NCBI RefSeq assembly: GCF_023585785.1
Contig: NZ_CP097765.1
Location: 360,001-392,000 of the forward strand
Direction of reading: 5' to 3'
Origin: Blochmannia endosymbiont of Camponotus modoc
Lineage (GTDB): Bacteria; Pseudomonadota; Gammaproteobacteria; Enterobacterales; Enterobacteriaceae
Length of the DNA stretch: 32,000 bases
Of the stretch, positions 22,808 to 32,000 are shown piece by piece; positions within the stretch are counted from its first letter, which is position 1, and every line of letters begins with the position of its first letter. The notes under the pieces are model-generated. The model was given only the letters and a program-made list of their open reading frames with translations. It was not told where the DNA came from and ran no database searches. The position numbers and the translations under genes are program-made.

Positions 22808-24848
22808 AAAAATTATATTATTGATATACGTTACAATACTCAGGTAGATTGACAATCAATTATAATTTATTCTCCTTTGATTATACGTGATAGTAGGTCA
22901 CATAATAAATCACGCAAATCTACAACAATTTATGTCTATTTTAAATAAACAATTCTACCTTTTTAGATAAAATATTATGATTAGTGTTAAATAATTAATT
23001 AAAAACAAATAAATACGTGAACTACATATATGTTTCCTACGAACACGTTATATTAACTAATAATTAATTATTGAATAAATAAAATGAAATCACACTATAA
23101 GATATTATTAATGTTTTAAATATTTTAAATATTAATCAATACCAATACCAGTATTATCACAATTATAAATTGCTAAGGCTATACCGATATTATTCATACT
23201 TATGTTTCTATAAATGTAGATATCTCTCTTTATACAATACGACTAGGTTTTTATTAAATCAGCTCTAGTACAGTATTAAACTGCGTCACTTATTTAAATT
23301 TAATATCAATTAGATTTTTTTTATAATTTTTAATTATAAATACAATTTAACAACATTCTGATATCTAAATAGCATTTTGATTAAAAATATCAAACAATTT
23401 TCTAATAATATGTGGCTGTTCTTTATGGAGAAGATTTGTAAGAAATATTTTATATATACTAAAATATCCATAATATGCAGTTAAAAAATTCAGTTTATAT
23501 TAATGTGATTATTGCTATTAGCATTTAGAATTTTGAGTATGTTTTGATATTTAATCTACTTAAATAAATATATTTTTGAAAAATTTATAAAACATCGTTA
23601 ATGGTATACTGAAAGTATAGATTACGTTGGTGTTTTATTTTTAAAAATTTTCGAATTTTTCTTATTCTATAAAAATAGACACAAAATAAAATTAAAATAA
23701 CTCGATCATACATAAAATTTCTAAAATTGAATTTGATGATCAAATAATTTCAATATCTGAAATTTTCAATTTTTATAATTATAACCGAATAAGAATATGA
23801 TATAAAAATTTCTATATTGTATCTATATAACATAGATGTTGTTATTGTAGATTATTTCTGATGTGAAGAAGCAATTCGTGTAATGTTGTGATAAGCTATT
23901 ATCATTAATTCCAGAAAGAATTGTTAATATAATATTTCTCTGCATGCAGAAATGTTTAAAATTATATAATAAACTGAACATATCCATAATTATATTTTAT
24001 TATATATAAATTCTCGAATGTACTTGGCATTCATACTAGTATGTAGATTGTAACTAAAGTTAAAAATCCATCATATGTACAACTAACAAGCTTGGATGCG
24101 GTACAACATTGAATATAATACATTTCATTGCATGTATATAATAGACATCATTCAATACAATTACCATTGTATCCTATTATTACCCGTGATAATACTATCT
24201 GAAAATTAGTTAATAATATATACACCATGAATCTTAACACCATCTCACTTATTATTATCAAATATTCAGGTATTATTTTTTTGTTTGTCATATTTGAAAA
24301 TATAATCAAAATATTGATACTGTATATAAAATATACATCACGATTAAACACAATAAAAAATTAAAATGTATTTTGAATGTCTTATTATAAAAGATCTGAA
24401 ATATAATTCAATTTTATGATGATATGTATGAAACTATCTTACGATGATATAATATTATTAATTTAAATTATATAATATACACAAGTGAGTATTGGTATAA
24501 AAATAAGTCTCTTATACATTTTAGTGCGATCATTTAAATCAATGATATCTTATAAAGAATTGGTACAAAAAATTTATAAATAATATTTTTTTAAATATTA
24601 TTTTTTAATTCTTCATTTCATTATTAATTTCTCTTAGAGAAAAGATCATAGAATGTCATAGAGCCATCATACATTCATTGAATTGCTGAATATTGTTTTT
24701 CCATAGCAAATATTTTAATTTGTTAAAAACAATTTTTAAAAATTATTTTTTTCATTATACATTCAAACACACGTAAATATTTTATTACAATACTTATAAT
24801 ATTAACATAAATACGAACATACTTTAAATACATTAAGGAAATACTACA

Positions 24849-27515
24849 ATGTTAGAACGTTCATCTGATGATGTGGATCCCATAGAAACACAGGATTGGT
24901 TAAAATCTATTTCTTCAGTTATTCAAAGAGAAGGTATTGAACGAGCTCAATTTTTAATGAATCAAATCATACATGAAGCCTGTAATAATGGCGTTATTAT
25001 TTCTAATAATAAAATAACAAATGATTATATAAATACTATTCCAGTTGAAGATGAACCAGAATATCCCGGAAATTTAGAAATAGAAGAACGTATATGTGCT
25101 GTTGTGCGTTGGAATGCCATTATGATGGTATTGCATGCATCAAAAAAAAACTTGGATTTAGGAGGTCATATTGCCTCATTCCAATCTTCTGCTACATTAT
25201 ATGAAGTATGTTTTAATCATTTTTTTCGTGCGCGTAATAAGCACGATGGCGGTGACTTAGTATATTTTCAAGGTCATATTTCACCTGGTATATATGCTCG
25301 TGCTTTTCTTGAAGGACGATTACATGAGGACCAAATAAATCATTTTCGCCAAGAAGTAAAAAATTTAGGACTTCCTTCATATCCTCATCCAAAATTAATG
25401 CCAGATTTTTGGCAATTTCCTACAGTTTCCATGGGTCTTGCTGCAATTAGTGCAATTTATCAAGCAAAATTTTTAAAATACTTGAATAATAGAAATCTAA
25501 AAGACACCACTTTGCAAACAGTATACACTTTTTTAGGAGACGGAGAGATGGATGAACCTGAATCTAAAGGAGCGATTAATATTGCTGCTAGAGAAAAATT
25601 GGATAATTTAATTTTTATTATTAATTGTAATTTACAACGATTAGATGGTCCAGTAATAGGAAATGGAAAAATTATTAATGACTTAGAAAACATATTTAAA
25701 GGATCAGGGTGGGAGGTAATTAAAGTTATTTGGGGAAGTAAATGGGATGCATTGTTACGCAAAGATACTAGCGGCAAGCTAATTCAACTTATGAATGAAA
25801 CTGTTGATGGAGACTATCAAACGTTTAAATCTAAAAATGGTGCTTATGTACGTGAACACTTTTTTGGTAAATACCCAGAAACTAGCGCGTTGGTAGACGA
25901 TATGAGTGACTCTGAAATTTGGGCATTAGATCGCGGTGGACATGATCCTAAAAAAGTATTTGCTGCTTTAGAAAAAGCTAAAAATAGTTCTGGAAAACCT
26001 GTTGTAATACTGGCGCATACTGTTAAAGGTTATGGTATGGGTTCTAGTGCAGAAGGAATGAACGTTGCGCATCAAATAAAAAAAATTAACATAAAAGGGA
26101 TACGTTATTTTAGGGATAGATTTAACTTAAATCTCGTCAAAGATGACCAAATTGAATCTTTACCTTATTTAAAATTTAAAGAAGGTTCTCAGGAACACAT
26201 ATACTTACATGAGCGACGTAAAACATTGTTTGGATATATTCCAAATAGGTTGCAACATGCTACTAATTCTCTAGAACTACCAACATTAGAACATTTTTAT
26301 CCTTTGCTAATACAACAAAATAAAGATATTTCTACTACTCTTGCATTTATACGTGTTCTAAATATATTACTAAAATACACCCCAATTAAAAATAGACTAG
26401 TACCCATAATTGCTGATGAGGGCCGAACCTTTGGGATGGAAGGGCTATTTCGTCAAATCGGTATTTATAGCTCTATGGGACAACAATACACTCCTCAAGA
26501 TCATGATTTACTTGCATATTATCGTGAAGATAAACAAGGTCAGATTTTACAGGAAGGTATCAGCGAATTGGGCGCAGCAGCATCGTGGTTGGCAGCCGCT
26601 ACCTCATACAGTACTAACGACTTCCCCATGATACCATTTTATGTATATTATTCAATATTTGGTTTTCAAAGAATCGGAGATTTTTTTTGGGCTGCTGCTG
26701 ATCAACAAGCTCGAGGATTTTTGATCGGAGGGACATCTGGTCGAACTACTTTAAATGGAGAAGGATTGCAACATGCTGATGGTCACAGTCATATTCAGTC
26801 ATTAACAATTCCTAATTGCATTTCGTATGACCCAGCATATGCATATGAAATTGCTGTTATTATACAAGATGGCCTCATGCGTATGTACGGAAGTAATCCA
26901 GAAAATGTATATTATTATATAACTACATTAAATGAAAAATATCATATGCCAGCCATGCCGATAGGAGTTGAAGAAGGTATTAGAAAAGGAATTTATAAGT
27001 TAGAATCTTTATCGGGAAAACATGGAAAAATTCAATTGATGGGATCTGGTGCTATTTTACGTCTTGTTCGTGAAGCAGCTAAAATCTTATCTCAAGAATA
27101 TAACGTAAGTTCTGATGTATATAGTGTTACCTCTTTTACTGAATTAGCAAGGAATGGGCAAGACTGCGAACGCTGGAATATGTTACATCCTATGGATATA
27201 CCAAAAATACCGTACATTACTACCATATTGAATGATTTTCCCACTATAGCTGCTACTGATTATATGAAATTGTTTGCAGAACAAATTAGATGTTTTATTC
27301 CAGGCCATCATTTTTTTGTATTAGGCACAGATGGATTTGGTCGTTCCGATAGTCGAAAAAATTTACGACATCATTTTGAAGTAAATACAGGTTATGTGGT
27401 GACTGCCGCATTAGCCCAATTAGTAAAAAAAGGCCATATTCGCGCTGATGTTGTTCTAAACGCTATCAAAATATTTGATATTGACCCTGATAAAATTAAT
27501 CCACGTCTAATATAA
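24849..27515 (+). CDS. aceE: pyruvate dehydrogenase E1 component
   Basis: The 888-aa ORF has DPIETQDWL near the N-terminus and the ThDP motif GDGEMDEPES..NCNLQRLDG. It is collinear with E. coli AceE (887 aa). SD AAGGAA (24835-24840) lies 8 nt upstream of the ATG. Confidence 0.97.
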   Translation: MLERSSDDVDPIETQDWLKSISSVIQREGIERAQFLMNQIIHEACNNGVIISNNKITNDYINTIPVEDEPEYPGNLEIEERICAVVRWNAIMMVLHASKKNLDLGGHIASFQSSATLYEVCFNHFFRARNKHDGGDLVYFQGHISPGIYARAFLEGRLHEDQINHFRQEVKNLGLPSYPHPKLMPDFWQFPTVSMGLAAISAIYQAKFLKYLNNRNLKDTTLQTVYTFLGDGEMDEPESKGAINIAAREKLDNLIFIINCNLQRLDGPVIGNGKIINDLENIFKGSGWEVIKVIWGSKWDALLRKDTSGKLIQLMNETVDGDYQTFKSKNGAYVREHFFGKYPETSALVDDMSDSEIWALDRGGHDPKKVFAALEKAKNSSGKPVVILAHTVKGYGMGSSAEGMNVAHQIKKINIKGIRYFRDRFNLNLVKDDQIESLPYLKFKEGSQEHIYLHERRKTLFGYIPNRLQHATNSLELPTLEHFYPLLIQQNKDISTTLAFIRVLNILLKYTPIKNRLVPIIADEGRTFGMEGLFRQIGIYSSMGQQYTPQDHDLLAYYREDKQGQILQEGISELGAAASWLAAATSYSTNDFPMIPFYVYYSIFGFQRIGDFFWAAADQQARGFLIGGTSGRTTLNGEGLQHADGHSHIQSLTIPNCISYDPAYAYEIAVIIQDGLMRMYGSNPENVYYYITTLNEKYHMPAMPIGVEEGIRKGIYKLESLSGKHGKIQLMGSGAILRLVREAAKILSQEYNVSSDVYSVTSFTELARNGQDCERWNMLHPMDIPKIPYITTILNDFPTIAATDYMKLFAEQIRCFIPGHHFFVLGTDGFGRSDSRKNLRHHFEVNTGYVVTAALAQLVKKGHIRADVVLNAIKIFDIDPDKINPRLI

Positions 27516-27523
27516 GAGGTAAC

Positions 27524-28810
27524 ATGATGACAATTGAAATTAATATACCAAATATTGGAGAGGATGAATTAGAAGTTACAGAAATAATGGTAAAAATAGG
27601 AGATAATATTAATACTAATCAGCCACTTATTATAATTGAAGGCGACAAATCATCTATGGAAATACCATCTTCCTGTTCTGGTATTGTTACTAAAATTTAT
27701 GTCCATGTTGGAGATAAAGTACATACAGGATCTTTGATTTTACTACTTGATGTGCAAAATCATACTAATTCTTTTACTATTAATGATAAAAAAAATGTTG
27801 TTCCTTCTCCTTATATTGTAACAAACAACGATAAAAGAAAAGGAGTGATATGTAATGATGATGTACATCATGATGTTATGATACATGCTCATGCTACACC
27901 GTTAGTGCGTCATATGGCTCGTACACTCGGAATAGATTTGTCAAAAGTAAAAGGTAGTGGTCGTAAGGGACGTATCTTAAAAGAAGATATTCAAAGTTAT
28001 ATAAACGATATCTCAATGTGTTATACAAACCGTATGTCATCTATTCAATCTAATCAATTACTACCCATATTATCTTGGCCGAAGATAGACTTCAGTAAAT
28101 TTGGCGATATTACAACCGTAATGCTAAGCAAAATACAAAAAACTTCTGGTGCAAATTTACAAAGAAATTGGATTATGCTTCCACATGTAACACAATTTGA
28201 TGAAGCTGATATTACCGATTTAGAGAGTTTTAGAAAACAACAAAACATTGACATTGAAAAGAAAAAAATAAATTGCAAAATTACACTTTTAGTTTTTGTT
28301 ATGAAAGCAGTTGCAAAAGCATTAGAAGAGTTACCACGATTCAATAGTTCTTTATCTCAAGACGGTGAAACACTAATTTTGAAAAAATATATTAATATTG
28401 GCATAGCGGTGGATACTCCTAAAGGTTTATTAGTACCCGTTCTCCATGATGTAAATAGGAAAGGTATTATTTTATTATCACAAGAGTTGGAAGAGCTTTC
28501 AAGGAAAGCTCGTACTGGGAATCAATTGACTCCTGCTAATATGCAAGGAGGAAGTTTTACTATATCCAATTTGGGGGGTATAGGAGGGGGTACGGCTTTT
28601 ACTCCAATTGTTAATGTTCCAGAAGTAGCTATTTTAGGCATGTCTAAATCTTTTATAAAACCAGTGTGGACCGGAAAAAAGTTTACTCCGCGTTTAATGC
28701 TGCCTTTGTCATTATCATATGATCATCGTGTTATTGATGGAGCTGATGGTGCTCGATTTATGACACTTATTAATAAAATAATTGCTGATACAAGACTATT
28801 ATCTATGTAA
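27524..28810 (+). CDS. aceF: dihydrolipoyllysine-residue acetyltransferase (pyruvate dehydrogenase E2), single lipoyl domain
   Basis: The 428-aa ORF has one lipoyl domain with EGDKSSMEIPS (K42, nt 27647-27649). It has an E3-binding domain (ATPLVRHMARTLGIDLSKVKGSGRKGRILKEDI) and a catalytic domain with SYDHRVIDGADGARF. SD AGAGG overlaps the aceE stop. Confidence 0.96.
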   Translation: MMTIEINIPNIGEDELEVTEIMVKIGDNINTNQPLIIIEGDKSSMEIPSSCSGIVTKIYVHVGDKVHTGSLILLLDVQNHTNSFTINDKKNVVPSPYIVTNNDKRKGVICNDDVHHDVMIHAHATPLVRHMARTLGIDLSKVKGSGRKGRILKEDIQSYINDISMCYTNRMSSIQSNQLLPILSWPKIDFSKFGDITTVMLSKIQKTSGANLQRNWIMLPHVTQFDEADITDLESFRKQQNIDIEKKKINCKITLLVFVMKAVAKALEELPRFNSSLSQDGETLILKKYINIGIAVDTPKGLLVPVLHDVNRKGIILLSQELEELSRKARTGNQLTPANMQGGSFTISNLGGIGGGTAFTPIVNVPEVAILGMSKSFIKPVWTGKKFTPRLMLPLSLSYDHRVIDGADGARFMTLINKIIADTRLLSM

Positions 28811-29022
28811 ATTAACTAATCACATAAAAATAGATTTAAAGATTTCACTTTTTTAAAAATTGTCTTTTCGTGCCTTTATAGTTAAAGATAATCTCGCTTA
28901 AATTGAGATATGATATGATAATATCCGTACCATATATAAATTCTATACTATAGAAATGCATATTTCTATCAAATTAGATACTATAATAAATAGTTTTAAT
29001 CAAAAACTGAGGGCATTATATT

Positions 29023-30447
29023 ATGCATATAAAAATAAAAACTCAAACTCTTGTTTTGGGTGCTGGACCAGGAGGATATTCTGCGGCTTTTCGCTGCGCT
29101 GATTTAGGTATGGATACTACAATAGTAGAACGTTATCCTGATTTAGGTGGAGTGTGTCTCAACGTTGGTTGTATTCCTTCTAAAACACTGTTATATATTG
29201 CCAAACTAATTGAAACAAAAAAGAAATTCAATAAATATGGTATTCTGTCTGGAGAAACACATATTGATCTTGATAAGGCGCGCTCTTGGAAAGATAAAAT
29301 TATTGATCAATTGTCAAATAGTTTAAGTGCTATGGCAAAAAATCGGAACGTTAAAGTAATTGATGGAGTTGGTAAATTTATTGATAGTCATACTATTCAA
29401 GTTGAAAACAATGAAATGACCTTAGAAATAGCATTCAATTACGCTATTATAGCAGCAGGATCACATACTGTGTCACTACCATGTATTCCTAATGATCATC
29501 GAATTTGGAATTCAACTGATGCTTTATCTTTACAATCAATACCCGAACGTTTACTAATTATAGGTTCAGGAGCTATAGGTTTAGAAATGGCAACAATATA
29601 TCATGCTTTTGGATCAAAAATAGATATAGTAGAAATGTGTAATCGAATTATGCCAATTTTAGATGAAGATATTACTAATATTTTTACTAAAATAATTAAT
29701 AAAAATATTAATTTAATTTTAAACACTAAAATTAACATAGTAGATGCGAAGCAAGATGGTATTTATGTAACTATGGAAAATAAACAAACTTTATTAAAAA
29801 ATACTCAACGTTATGATGCATTATTAGTAGCAATTGGGCGTGCTCCAAATGGTAACATGTTGAATATCGAACGTGCGGGAGTAAATGTAAATGAATATGG
29901 CTTCATTTCTGTAGATAAGCAGATGCGTACTAATGTGCAACACATTTTTGCTATTGGAGATATTATTGGATATCCAATGCTAGCTCACAAAAGTATTCAT
30001 GAAGGACATGTAGCTGCAGAAGTTATTTCTGGTAAAAAACGTTGTTTTGATCCAATAATAATTCCATCCATTATATATACTGACCCAGAAATAGCGTGGG
30101 TTGGATATACTGAAAAAGATGCTCAAGAGAAAAATATAGATTATGAAGTTGCACTTTTCCCGTGGATGGCTTCAGGTCGAGCAATTACTGAAGATTGCAA
30201 AGAAGGCATAACCAAATTAATTTTTAATAAAAAAACGAACAGAATTATTGGGGGATCAATATTAGGCACGAATGCTAGTGAAATATTAGGAGAAATCGCA
30301 TTAGCCATTGAAATGGGATGCGATGTAGAAGATATTACTCTCACCATTCATGCTCATCCAACCTTATATGAATCAATAGGATTAGCAGCATCTATTCATA
30401 ATGGCTCAATTACTGATTTGCCTAATATAAAAAAACAAATACAATAA
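29023..30447 (+). CDS. lpdA: dihydrolipoyl dehydrogenase (E3)
   Basis: The 474-aa ORF has the FAD motif GAGPGGYSAAFR, the redox-active disulfide CLNVGCIPSK and the C-terminal HAHPTLYES. SD GAGGG (29009-29013) lies 9 nt upstream of the ATG. Confidence 0.97.
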   Translation: MHIKIKTQTLVLGAGPGGYSAAFRCADLGMDTTIVERYPDLGGVCLNVGCIPSKTLLYIAKLIETKKKFNKYGILSGETHIDLDKARSWKDKIIDQLSNSLSAMAKNRNVKVIDGVGKFIDSHTIQVENNEMTLEIAFNYAIIAAGSHTVSLPCIPNDHRIWNSTDALSLQSIPERLLIIGSGAIGLEMATIYHAFGSKIDIVEMCNRIMPILDEDITNIFTKIINKNINLILNTKINIVDAKQDGIYVTMENKQTLLKNTQRYDALLVAIGRAPNGNMLNIERAGVNVNEYGFISVDKQMRTNVQHIFAIGDIIGYPMLAHKSIHEGHVAAEVISGKKRCFDPIIIPSIIYTDPEIAWVGYTEKDAQEKNIDYEVALFPWMASGRAITEDCKEGITKLIFNKKTNRIIGGSILGTNASEILGEIALAIEMGCDVEDITLTIHAHPTLYESIGLAASIHNGSITDLPNIKKQIQ

Positions 30448-30963
30448 ATTTCACATGATTTTTTAAGATTTTAAATAAATAAATTAGCTTACAAATATAC
30501 TTTATGGTTGTATAGTCTATTACAATTTATAAGGTATATAATGAAGTTAATTTCTATTAAAAACCATACAATGAATAAATAAATATATTACTTATAACTA
30601 TATATTTATACGCTCAGAATACGAGTATTTATCTACAAAATATATACACGATCATAAAATTTTTTTTACTATTATTAATACATAACACAGTTAAAAAACA
30701 AAAAGTATTCATAATTTAAAAAATATCGTCGAGTGTTGACATATAAAATTAAAAAATATTTTTATGATTTAATTAAACATAATGAAAATATACATGGGGT
30801 TTCAATTAATAAAACTCTATTTTTTGATAAACAGTAAACATACTAACAGAAAAAGTAACGTATACGACTTTAGATTTTTACGGATGAAATATACATATCT
30901 AATCAATGTATTTTAAATGTATTCATTTGAGATGTAGAATACATGATCTTATAATTATAAGAC

Positions 30964-31001
30964 ACAATATTTTCTCTTTAATGTTAAAGAGAAAATATTG
31001 T
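30964..31001. repeat. perfect 18-bp inverted repeat (ACAATATTTTCTCTTTAA-TG-TTAAAGAGAAAATATTGT) in non-coding DNA about 0.5 kb downstream of lpdA
   Basis: Read directly: arms at 30964-30981 and 30984-31001, 18/18 complementary. A rough estimate, assuming about 0.38 pairing probability per position in AT-rich DNA, puts the expectation well below one per window. Confidence 0.85.
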
Positions 31002-31480
31002 AGGTGCTGCATGAACTAATCTATAATTCTTATCTCCATATCCCTTATAGTATACAAGTTTCTTTTATTACAACTCAAAAAAAGACATTGCTGACATTTT
31101 TTGCTCTTACTTAATAAGATCTTATCAACGGAAAAACTTATATAAAATCACTAAATTTATATAAATTAAATAGTGATACTTTGATTACTACGTATCATAT
31201 GATCATGCTATATTCATGGTATAATTAAAATAGATTTTTATAAATGTTTAAAATTAAACTTTTCTCTATTAGCAATAGATATAGAAAAATTATCAAATTT
31301 GAAAATATAATAAACATTTAAACTACCGAATATAATCAGAATAACTTTCAAGTTCGATAGCAATATTATGTAATTAATGCAATTAAATAAATTTTAATTT
31401 TTAATTAATAATATCAAAAAATCTATGAGGATAAACGTTCTTTTTGACTCATTACTAATGCCCGATATATTTCAACGCAA

Positions 31481-31505
31481 CTGTTGATAGACTATATATC
31501 AACAG
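31481..31505. repeat. 9-bp inverted repeat CTGTTGATA-GACTATA-TATCAACAG in non-coding DNA
   Basis: Read directly. The arms contain the same TCAACAG/CTGTTGA 7-mer as the palindrome at 11351-11368. A third partial copy, TCAAC, lies at 31472-31476. Confidence 0.7.
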
Positions 31506-32000
31506 CTATTCGTATTCATCAAAAAATAATAAAAAACATCACATTTATTAGAATAATAAATATTAATTAATTTTAAAAATCATAAATTATCTATATGCCA
31601 AATGATATCGAATAAGTGTATATTTTTATTATCAATAAATTTATGTATCGTAATATTCACAATATGTATGTACGTAAATATACGATAACTAAACATCAAA
31701 TATTTTTTGTAATCGTAAAATTTTTATTAAATATATTCTAATTCAACAATAAAATATTTTAATACGTTTTCTAAATACAACACTTATGTATAAGCACGAA
31801 GTGTACTCGTTATATACGATATAACAAATTAGGTATACTATACAGTATATCAAAAAAAATATTATATGTATTAATTATAAAATTTTTATTAATTATTCTA
31901 AGTAATAGTGACAAAATTTTTCTAAAGCTACATAAATTTCTACAAATTACAGTAAAAACAATAATAAAAAATGTGTTATTTGATAAAATTTTTAACAATT

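Noticed and set aside
22808-22855. TTG-initiated 16-codon extension of mrcB
   Set aside because: It adds a hydrophobic [15 protein letters not shown] segment before the short cytoplasmic segment and the TM helix. The first ATG (22807) gives a sensible topology. An AAGGAG at 22872-22877 is 16 nt from the TTG, which is too far to support it. The start remains somewhat uncertain.
24318-24340. LexA/SOS-box-like TACTGTATATAAAATATACATCA
   Set aside because: It has CTGT, but ACAG is missing at the required 8-nt spacing. The palindrome at 11351 has ACAG..CTGT in the wrong order. AT-rich TATA repeats mimic the box centre.
24558-24574. PdhR-box-like half site AATTGGTACAAAAAATT about 280 nt upstream of aceE
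   Set aside because: Only the left half (AATTGGT) matches the remembered ATTGGT-N3-ACCAAT palindrome, and the right half is absent. No pdhR gene is present in the window.
25460-25777. Shadow ORFs inside or antisense to real genes: 9125-9316, 12538-12741, 18055-18282, 21660-21911, 22270-22512, 25460-25777, 26410-26631, 28054-28344, 30141-30347
   Set aside because: Each lies wholly within a confidently identified, well-conserved CDS in another frame or strand. Their translations have no recognisable features.
30782-30916. 44-aa ORF (MKIYMGFQLIKLYFLINSKHTNRKSNVYDFRFLRMKYTYLINVF) between the TTGACA at 30736 and the hairpin cluster
   Set aside because: It has no Shine-Dalgarno, its composition is that of translated AT-rich DNA, and it is below any reasonable length or conservation threshold. 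It is mentioned only because of its position.
31345-31365. tRNA T-loop-like AGTTCGATAGC. I also scanned all spacers for GGTTCGA/TTCGAACC-type motifs and for GC-rich islands indicating tRNA, tmRNA, RNase P, 6S or 4.5S genes.
   Set aside because: The flanking bases cannot form a T-stem or acceptor stem. No spacer contains a GC-rich structured segment of RNA-gene size.

Overview
This is a very AT-rich stretch of a reduced gammaproteobacterial (Enterobacterales-derived) genome. Three things point to an obligate insect endosymbiont, most like Candidatus Blochmannia (inference from memory, not verified): an all-housekeeping gene set, E. coli-like micro-synteny with whole gene blocks missing, and long featureless AT-rich spacers next to N/K/I-rich proteins.

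I support 19 protein genes, covering about 24.5 of 32 kb.
- Minus strand: alaS (partial) | nlpD | ispF-ispD-ftsB | cysC-cysN-cysD-cysG | cysH-cysI-cysJ | eno-pyrG | erpA | mrcB.
- Plus strand, after a roughly 2 kb non-coding divergent spacer: aceE-aceF-lpdA, followed by at least 1.55 kb of non-coding sequence.

I found no tRNA, rRNA, IS/transposase, integrase, phage, CRISPR, toxin-antitoxin or defence gene. I do not see a novel multi-gene system here; it reads as an ordinary core region of a degenerate genome.

The items worth a second look are structural.
1. A 48-bp, GC-rich, near-perfect palindrome lies inside the cysG coding sequence.
2. A cluster of adjacent hairpins, including a perfect 18-bp inverted repeat, sits in the gene desert after lpdA.
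3. A triple alternating 7-mer lies immediately upstream of the alaS start codon.
4. Two unlinked inverted repeats share the same TCAACAG/CTGTTGA arms.
5. There are several large gene-loss scars and rearrangement junctions.

All functional calls rest on my own reading of the translations against remembered E. coli orthologues. No database search was run.
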